Positions 5,981 to 11,714 of a stretch of DNA of 11,714 nt are shown here, piece after piece. The stretch's first letter is position 1; each line of letters opens with the position of its first letter. Source of the stretch: Candidatus Thorarchaeota archaeon SMTZ1-45 (lineage in GTDB: Archaea > Asgardarchaeota > Thorarchaeia > Thorarchaeales > Thorarchaeaceae). Below the pieces are notes generated by a model. That model searched no databases. It was given only the letters and a program-made list of their open reading frames with translations, and had not been told where the DNA came from. Location: positions 1 through 11,714 of the forward strand of contig LRSL01000102.1 of the NCBI GenBank assembly GCA_001563335.1. Direction: 5' to 3'. A program made the position numbers and the translations under genes.

Positions 5981-7438
5981 ATGTCTGGTTTCAGTATCTT
6001 CGAGTATCACGACACAGCTAAAATCTATGAAAGGCTTAATCATTTAATGAGCCTCCCAATTCATTGCATCAACCGCGATGCTATGAATGTGTATCTTCAA
6101 TATTTTGAGGAGAAATGTAAGAAGTCTAAAGAGATAATCACTGAAGCCAAGAATTTCATACCAGGCGGGGTTCAGCATAACTTGGCTTTCAACCATCCCT
6201 TCCCAATTGTGATCGACAGAGCTGATGGTCCATATCTCTGGGACATAGATGGAAACAGGTACATCGATTTCTTACAATCTGGGGGTGCAATAATTCTGGG
6301 AAATAACTATGCTCCTGTTAGGGATAGGATTCTGGAAGTCATCAAGGAGCGGGGTCCTGTTACTGGACTGTTTTCTGAATATGAACTTAAGCTAGCAAAA
6401 GAGATCAATAAACACATTCCTTCCTGTGAGATGTTTAGGATGCTGGGGAGCGGGACTGAGGCTGTCATGGGGGCAATTCGTCTAGCACGAGTGGTGACCA
6501 AGAAGAAGAAGATCATCAAGATGGGTGGAGCATATCATGGATGGAGTGGTCAGATGGTCTACGGTCTCCATATTCCACGTACTGGGGGTTTTGAGGCTCA
6601 TGGGATTCCCAAGAATGTGAGAAAGCATACTCAAGAGATTTACCCAAACAAGATAGAAGCACTTCGCAAGAACCTCTCACGAAACAGACTCAAGGGAGGC
6701 ACAGCCGCTGTTATCATCGAGCCAATGGGTCCTGAGTCTGGAACGAGACCTTTAGACAAAGACTACAATCAGCAAGTACGTGAACTATGTGACAAGTATA
6801 ATGCTCTCATGATTATGGATGAAGTTGTGACTTTCGGAAGAATTGGACTTGCAGGAGCACAGGGTTACTTTGGTGTGAAACCAGATCTTACGATATTTGG
6901 TAAGATTGTTGCTGGTGGATATCCTGGTGCTGGGGGTATTGGAGGAAGAAGAGACCTCATTCAAAACTTGGCATCAGGTGTTGAAGGAGTTAAAAAACGA
7001 GCATATGTTGGTGGTACTCTAGCTGCAAGTCCTTTGAGCTCAGCAGCTGGCTATTATACAATTCTGGAGATCGAAAGAACTAACGCTTGTGAGATTGCAG
7101 GAAAAGCGGCAGACCGCCTTACCAAGGGTCTAGTCGAGAGAATCGAAGATGCAAAACTTCCCTATGTTGCTTATAATCAAGGAGCCATCTGTCACTTGGA
7201 AACTGTTGGTGCCATGTTTGTCGACATTAGCTATCTCAGAATCAAAGCAGTATTGAGAGAGATAAACGAAAGGAAGCATGCTATGGAGGAAATGGGTGCC
7301 GCGTACATGGCGGAGGGCATTGTAACACTTGCTGGGTCACGTATGTATACAAGCATGGCTGATGATAATGATGTAATCGATGATGCACTCACCCGATTTG
7401 AGCGAGTTTTCAAGAATGTAGAACACCCGTCTACCTGA
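5981..7438 (+). CDS. Class III PLP-dependent aminotransferase, glutamate-1-semialdehyde aminomutase-like
   Basis: Motifs YLWDIDGNRYIDF, SGTEAVMGAIRLAR, GAYHG, VIIEP, IMDEVVT, the PLP lysine in PDLTIFGKIVAGG, and GGTL. Confidence 0.9.
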   Translation: MSGFSIFEYHDTAKIYERLNHLMSLPIHCINRDAMNVYLQYFEEKCKKSKEIITEAKNFIPGGVQHNLAFNHPFPIVIDRADGPYLWDIDGNRYIDFLQSGGAIILGNNYAPVRDRILEVIKERGPVTGLFSEYELKLAKEINKHIPSCEMFRMLGSGTEAVMGAIRLARVVTKKKKIIKMGGAYHGWSGQMVYGLHIPRTGGFEAHGIPKNVRKHTQEIYPNKIEALRKNLSRNRLKGGTAAVIIEPMGPESGTRPLDKDYNQQVRELCDKYNALMIMDEVVTFGRIGLAGAQGYFGVKPDLTIFGKIVAGGYPGAGGIGGRRDLIQNLASGVEGVKKRAYVGGTLAASPLSSAAGYYTILEIERTNACEIAGKAADRLTKGLVERIEDAKLPYVAYNQGAICHLETVGAMFVDISYLRIKAVLREINERKHAMEEMGAAYMAEGIVTLAGSRMYTSMADDNDVIDDALTRFERVFKNVEHPST

Positions 7439-8006
7439 GTATCCCTCTAAGAAGAACATCATTCAATTCTGCTGATGTCCCCCATCTTCTTGAGCTGCTA
7501 TCTCCAATGAACCAGTTGAACATGATGTGTGCGAATATTGTCCCTATGAGAAACCGGATTAACACAGGTATTGCGATATCGCGTATCTCCGATTTCTTCT
7601 CATAGATTTGCTTTATGAAGTTCGAATCAGTAGGGAAGTTAGTTTTAATAGCCCTAGGAACATGTTTCCCATCCATTTCAACAAGTTCAACGAAAAATAA
7701 GTTGAGTAACGCTGGCTCACTCCGAAGTTCCTTATTAAGACGGTTCACAGCATTTGTCAGCAGTTCCTCAGCAGTTGCCCCTCGGATGCTATCAAGAATC
7801 TCAAGAATTCTAAACATCGGGTGTTTCTCAATGAAGACCACCTCAAAGATCTGTTCCTTATTCTCAAAATGATTGTAGATTGACGCAGCCTTTATTCCTG
7901 CATGTTCCGCGATATCTCGCATGGAACTTCCTCGATATCCCTTTTCGACAAACAAGGAATATGCTGATTCGAGAATCTGTTTCTTTGTAGAGTCTTCGTT
8001 ATTCAT
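7431..8006 (-). CDS. TetR/AcrR family transcriptional regulator
   Basis: N-terminal HTH ILESAYSLFVEKGYRGSSMRDIAEHAGIKAASIYNHFENKEQIF. The 3' end overlaps the convergent aminotransferase by 8 nt. Confidence 0.93.
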   Translation of the reverse strand: MNNEDSTKKQILESAYSLFVEKGYRGSSMRDIAEHAGIKAASIYNHFENKEQIFEVVFIEKHPMFRILEILDSIRGATAEELLTNAVNRLNKELRSEPALLNLFFVELVEMDGKHVPRAIKTNFPTDSNFIKQIYEKKSEIRDIAIPVLIRFLIGTIFAHIMFNWFIGDSSSRRWGTSAELNDVLLRGILR

Positions 8007-8026
8007 GGCGTCGCAACCTATAAATC

Positions 8027-8062
8027 AGCTAACAACCGTTAGTTAACTAACAAATGTCAGTT
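8027..8062. promoter_or_regulatory. Two tandem palindromic operator-like boxes (CTAAC-N4-GTTAG and CTAAC-N4-GTCAG), putative TetR sites
   Basis: AGCTAACAACCGTTAGTT (8027-8044) and AACTAACAAATGTCAGTT (8045-8062) form an 18-bp period in the divergent intergenic region. Confidence 0.65.
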
Positions 8063-8075
8063 ATATAATTCCTTT
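8061..8075 (-). promoter_or_regulatory. Putative archaeal BRE/TATA promoter of tetR
   Basis: The minus strand reads AAAGGAA-TTATATAA (purine-rich stretch then TATA box) about 55 nt upstream of the tetR ATG and abuts the operator boxes. Confidence 0.45.
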
Positions 8076-8088
8076 GGTGATAATGTTG

Positions 8089-8775
8089 ATGCAGCAGAGC
8101 TTTGTGTCTGAGGATTTCTGGCTGCCTAGTGTGCACTGGTTGCTCGAGATAGTCATACTTGTCTTTTTGTTTCTTATTCTGTGGGTGTGTGTGTGCGTCA
8201 GGTCCATTCGATACTTCTGGAAATTCCCAATGCCTGCTAGAATGGGGAATGCAATTGCTGCTGGTCCATATCGGTCAAAAGTCCAACCACCATCAATGAT
8301 TATTGAAGCGCTAGACATCAGACCTGGAATGGATATCATTGAACTCGGATGTGGTTCAGGATACTACACCGTTGCTGTTGCAAAAGCGATTCAACCAGCA
8401 GGTGTTGTTTTCGCAGTTGATATTCAACAAGGAATGCTCGATAAATTGAAAGCTAGGATGGAAGATGAGGGTGTTGACAACATCATCCCTGTACTAGCTG
8501 ACGCAGAGGGAGAAATACCACTTGATGATGGGATTGCAGATGCTGTGTTTTCAGTCACTGTTTTACCCGAGATTCCAAATCCACCAAAGGCATTACTCCA
8601 AGTGAAACGACTCTTGAAGGATGACGGAATCTACGTGAATGCTGAGTTCTTACTTGATCCAGACTTTCCTCTAAGACGGACTGTAGTGGGATGGGCGAAA
8701 GAAGCGGGATTCCAACTTAAAAGTCAGATGGGCAATCCACTTCGACATGTTCTCGTTTTCACAAAGGATGAGTGA
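8089..8775 (+). CDS. Class I SAM-dependent methyltransferase with an N-terminal transmembrane helix
   Basis: Motif I IIELGCGSG, plus VFAVDIQ, LADAE, DAVFSV and LLKDDG. Hydrophobic stretch WLLEIVILVFLFLILWVCVCV. The start is uncertain (8074, 8083 or 8089); GGTGA at 8076-8080 favours ATG 8089. Confidence 0.88.
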   Translation: MQQSFVSEDFWLPSVHWLLEIVILVFLFLILWVCVCVRSIRYFWKFPMPARMGNAIAAGPYRSKVQPPSMIIEALDIRPGMDIIELGCGSGYYTVAVAKAIQPAGVVFAVDIQQGMLDKLKARMEDEGVDNIIPVLADAEGEIPLDDGIADAVFSVTVLPEIPNPPKALLQVKRLLKDDGIYVNAEFLLDPDFPLRRTVVGWAKEAGFQLKSQMGNPLRHVLVFTKDE

Positions 8776-8779
8776 ACTA

Positions 8780-9064
8780 TTATCCAAGAAGAAGTAATCT
8801 ACTCACAGATGTAATATATCCCAATGTTCCGCCAACTAAAATTCTAGGTGTCCGAGTCTGGTCTAATGACTCTTTAAGATAGAAGGCCCGAACAAGAGAA
8901 ACCACCAAACAAAGAATTGGTAACGTAACTGTAGTGATTAATATTTCACTAAGTCCAAGAGGACTAGCATCACTTAAACTCCAACAGAATAGAAATTTGT
9001 CATTGAAATAATCGCTAGATTGAAACTTCCTAATTTCATAGGATAATCCTATGAATTGATACAC
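8780..9064 (-). CDS. Possible small membrane protein or gene remnant
   Basis: A 94-aa ORF fills the gap and has hydrophobic segments (ILITTVTLPILCLVVSLV; ILVGGTLGYI). GTG start, no clear SD and no recognisable family. Confidence 0.25.
   Translation of the reverse strand: MYQFIGLSYEIRKFQSSDYFNDKFLFCWSLSDASPLGLSEILITTVTLPILCLVVSLVRAFYLKESLDQTRTPRILVGGTLGYITSVSRLLLLG
9035..9055. repeat. 21-bp near-perfect palindrome TTCATAGGAT-A-ATCCTATGAA
   Basis: Perfect 10-bp arms with a 1-nt spacer, about 40 nt downstream of the stop of the minus-strand DUF4406-like gene. Confidence 0.75.
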
Positions 9065-9094
9065 TGATACAAATTATGTAAGATCACTGAATTC

Positions 9095-9472
9095 TCAAAT
9101 GTCATCACTAATACAATCCTGAGCCCAAGTCAAAGCTCTCTCGACACTTGGTATTTCTTCCAGCGTGTGGAAAACGAGTTTCCCATCCTTCTTTACTCGA
9201 TTATATTCAAGTAGTGCGCCTTTCGACTCAGCTAGCAAGAATAAAGCATCACAATGATCGACCCAAGGCGCATGCCAGTTCATGTAGTCCTCCCAGTCCA
9301 TTTCAATCTCAAGTTCTCTGGCAAGCATGTCTGGCCAGTGTGTAAGATGAGGGATATACGGGAAATGTCCTTTCTTCCAAATCTTGAGACCTGCCTCCAT
9401 AGCTCTTCTGACATTTTCTTGAATCTCCTCTAATGTAGACCCTGAATAGGGGCCTGCAACATAGATCTTCAT
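9095..9472 (-). CDS. DUF4406-like / nucleoside 2'-deoxyribosyltransferase-fold protein
   Basis: Motifs MKIYVAGPYS, GHFPYIPH, CDALFLL and ESKGALLE match the pattern of NDT-like DUF4406 proteins. The start is ATG 9472, or TTG 9481, which lies 6 nt after GGTGA. Confidence 0.8.
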   Translation of the reverse strand: MKIYVAGPYSGSTLEEIQENVRRAMEAGLKIWKKGHFPYIPHLTHWPDMLARELEIEMDWEDYMNWHAPWVDHCDALFLLAESKGALLEYNRVKKDGKLVFHTLEEIPSVERALTWAQDCISDDI

Positions 9473-9487
9473 ACTCTTCAAACACAA

Positions 9488-11149
9488 TCACCTTGTATAG
9501 ATATCACTATAATCCGCTCGAATGACCTTCTTGTCTATTTTCCCAACGCTTGTTTTGGGAATTGCTTCTACAAACAGTACCTCGTCAGGAAGCTGCCAAT
9601 TAGCAAATCTTTTTCCAAGATGTTCTATGATGTCAGCTTTATCCACCTTAGTCCTGAATTCTTTTCGCAAAACGACCAATGCAAGAGGTCGCTCTTCCCA
9701 CTTAGGATGAGCTATGCCAACAACAGCACCCTCAAGAACCGCAGGATGATTGATTATCTCATTCTCCATGTCCACTGACGAAATCCATTCTCCACCACTC
9801 TTGATCAAGTCTCTCAATCGGTCAGTTAGCTTTAGATATCCTTCAGAATCAATGGCTCCTACATCCCCAGTTCTGAAGTACCCATCTTCTGTGAATTGAG
9901 ATTCGGATCCTGGAGCATCATGATATTTTCCTAACACCCACGGGCCGCGAAGTAATATCTCTCCAACTGATTTTCCATCATGGGGGAGTTTCTTTCCATT
10001 TGAATCTACTACCTTGGCATCGAGTCCTACCACTACGCATCCCTGCTTCTTTTTTTGTTCCCACATCTCTTCACTAGAGAACTCTCTATCCAACCAAGGT
10101 TTGGGTAAGTTCAATGTGACAATTGCTTGAGCTTCAGTAGACCCATAGGTATGAATGATTTCTGCTCTGGTTGTTTCCCAGTATTCTTTAATCATGGACA
10201 ACGGTGGTTCTGAGCCTCCACAGAGAAAGCGCACTCCAGACAAATCTGGAAGTGGATCCATATTCAGAAGAGAATTGAGCAATGCTCTCAAAATTGATGG
10301 TACTCCATTAGACATCGTTACCTTTTCTTGCACTAGTACTTGGACAAGCTCATCCAAATTTTCCAAACTATACCTCCCGGTGAATACAAGTTTGGCACCA
10401 GCCATAGTAGCTGCATAGGGAGTACCCCATCCCAGAACATGAAACATAGGGACTATCTGAAATACACATTCCTTTACTGACATCATTGCATTGAGAGCAT
10501 ACATCATAGCCTGGAGGTATACATCGCGATGAGAATAATAGACTCCTTTTGGTCTGCCAGTGGTACCGGTTGTATAACATGCACTAGAAGCACTGGTTTC
10601 ATCAATATTTGGCCATTCATAAACTGGTTCTACTTTTCTTACGCACTCTTCGTAGCTATAAACTGGTTTTAATCCTGTTTCCAAATCGTCCAGTTCCTTA
10701 TCGGTGAGGATTACATAACCCTGAATTGTTTCACACTCTGCTGCAAATGTTTCAACAATTGGTAACATGTCTTCATCTACAAATATGAGTTTCAATCCTG
10801 CATGATTTGCGACATAACTCAACTCCTGCGATGTAAAACGTGGGTTCATTAGAACCATCACTGCACCGCTTCCGGGAATGCTAAAGTAAATCTCAAAATA
10901 TCTATGAGTATTCCATGCTAAGACACCAATCTTATCCCCAACCATCACTCCAAGTGAGTTTAAAGAATTAGCCAAACGCTGCACTCGTTTGTATGCATCA
11001 AGGTACGAGTAACGAAACAGAACACCATCATGTTTCCTGTCAACAATTTCCTGCCTACCGAAATTCCTTGCTGCATGTTTTATTATGTTGTGCACATTCA
11101 ATTGGGAGCTGCTGTTGGATGTAGCAGGAAAACCTTTGACAATATCCAT
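9488..11149 (-). CDS. Medium/long-chain fatty-acid--CoA ligase (AlkK/FadD-like ANL adenylating enzyme)
   Basis: Motifs CYTTGTTGRPKGV, VPMFHV, HTYGSTE, FRTGDVG, DRLRDLIKSGGEWISS, HPKWEERP and PKTSVGKIDK. AGAGG lies upstream of the ATG. Confidence 0.93.
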   Translation of the reverse strand: MDIVKGFPATSNSSSQLNVHNIIKHAARNFGRQEIVDRKHDGVLFRYSYLDAYKRVQRLANSLNSLGVMVGDKIGVLAWNTHRYFEIYFSIPGSGAVMVLMNPRFTSQELSYVANHAGLKLIFVDEDMLPIVETFAAECETIQGYVILTDKELDDLETGLKPVYSYEECVRKVEPVYEWPNIDETSASSACYTTGTTGRPKGVYYSHRDVYLQAMMYALNAMMSVKECVFQIVPMFHVLGWGTPYAATMAGAKLVFTGRYSLENLDELVQVLVQEKVTMSNGVPSILRALLNSLLNMDPLPDLSGVRFLCGGSEPPLSMIKEYWETTRAEIIHTYGSTEAQAIVTLNLPKPWLDREFSSEEMWEQKKKQGCVVVGLDAKVVDSNGKKLPHDGKSVGEILLRGPWVLGKYHDAPGSESQFTEDGYFRTGDVGAIDSEGYLKLTDRLRDLIKSGGEWISSVDMENEIINHPAVLEGAVVGIAHPKWEERPLALVVLRKEFRTKVDKADIIEHLGKRFANWQLPDEVLFVEAIPKTSVGKIDKKVIRADYSDIYTR

Positions 11150-11308
11150 GATTATCCTCTCTCTTGATAATACCCACCAGTTTATTCACAATGATGCCCC
11201 ATTGCTTCTAATTAATTGCTTGGGCACTCTTTATCACAGTTCGTTGAAGCTTATAGCACTGAATGAAAAAGGTGATTGACATTGAGGTCTAATATTCTGT
11301 TTTCTTTC

Positions 11309-11713
11309 TCATATCACATTGACAACTAACCGAGACCATGCACTGTTTCCATCAAGTGGATTATTATCAATACTCTTCTGTTGGTTGTTATGGATGTCAG
11401 TCGCTCTAATGTGTAGTGTAAACTGACCTGTGCTTGTAAAATTGAGATTGATTTCCCAAAAGACCCATACATTATCTGCATCGATTCGTTGAACTATGGT
11501 TGCATTGTCCCACGTCGCTCCACCATCTGTTGTATATTCAACAAATTTAACGCGGGTTCCTCCAAAAGCACAACCTCCAACCTTGAGATTCTGACTAGCA
11601 TTAACGGATGCAGGATAATCTGGGAAGAATATCTTGGTGTCAATTTCCATGGGTGGGGATGTATCCCATCCACGATCCTCCCAGTAATCTTCTAGAGGCC
11701 TATCGATTACTTC
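11309..11713 (-). CDS. Sulfite-oxidase-family molybdopterin oxidoreductase, C-terminal part (5'-truncated by the window edge)
   Basis: The frame is open to the window edge and reads EVIDRPLEDYWEDRGWDTSPPMEIDTKI..., containing the YWExRGW motif. It continues into an Ig-like dimerisation domain (GCAFGG, VEYTTDGGATW, WVFWE, IRATD). Confidence 0.82.
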   Translation of the reverse strand, partial: EVIDRPLEDYWEDRGWDTSPPMEIDTKIFFPDYPASVNASQNLKVGGCAFGGTRVKFVEYTTDGGATWDNATIVQRIDADNVWVFWEINLNFTSTGQFTLHIRATDIHNNQQKSIDNNPLDGNSAWSRLVVNVI

Positions 11714-11714
11714 A

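Noticed and set aside
7431-7438. 8-nt convergent overlap between the aminotransferase and tetR
   Set aside because: Such overlaps are common in compact prokaryotic genomes and nothing here suggests a special function.
9011-9490. In-frame TGA between the ligase and the DUF4406-like ORF (TGA TTG TGT), with a weak ATGA...GA stem downstream on the minus strand at 9039-9011
   Set aside because: The ligase is complete at the TGA and that codon is part of the next gene's SD. An in-frame junction arises by chance about one time in three, and the stem is too short and lacks a lower helix.
11151-11226. Short inverted repeats upstream of the ligase (ATTATC/GATAAT, TGCCC/GGGCA) and a lone ATTCACA half-site
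   Set aside because: Arms of 5-6 bp are expected by chance, and there is no full match to either operator-like motif.

Overview
Probably archaeal DNA: GGAGGTGA-type Shine-Dalgarno (SD) motifs and a TATA/BRE-like element are present. An Asgard/Thorarchaeota-like source is a guess, not demonstrated. Bases 1-5811 are the 3' part of a translationally coupled flavin-based electron-bifurcation operon: a 5'-truncated HdrL-type protein (GltD/NfnB-like NAD(P)H domain joined to HdrA), MvhD, two more HdrA paralogs and a small winged-helix-like protein, ending at a 10-bp hairpin. The rest holds a HemL-like class III aminotransferase, a TetR regulator divergent from a membrane-anchored SAM methyltransferase with two tandem palindromic operators between them, a DUF4406/NDT-like gene downstream of an acyl-CoA ligase, and the C-terminal part of a sulfite-oxidase-family molybdoenzyme. 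The main observation is that the two downstream HdrA paralogs have exactly complementary domain losses, suggesting an obligate asymmetric HdrA heterodimer. No HdrB/HdrC or hydrogenase genes occur in the visible part of the operon. I found no RNA genes, CRISPR arrays or mobile elements.
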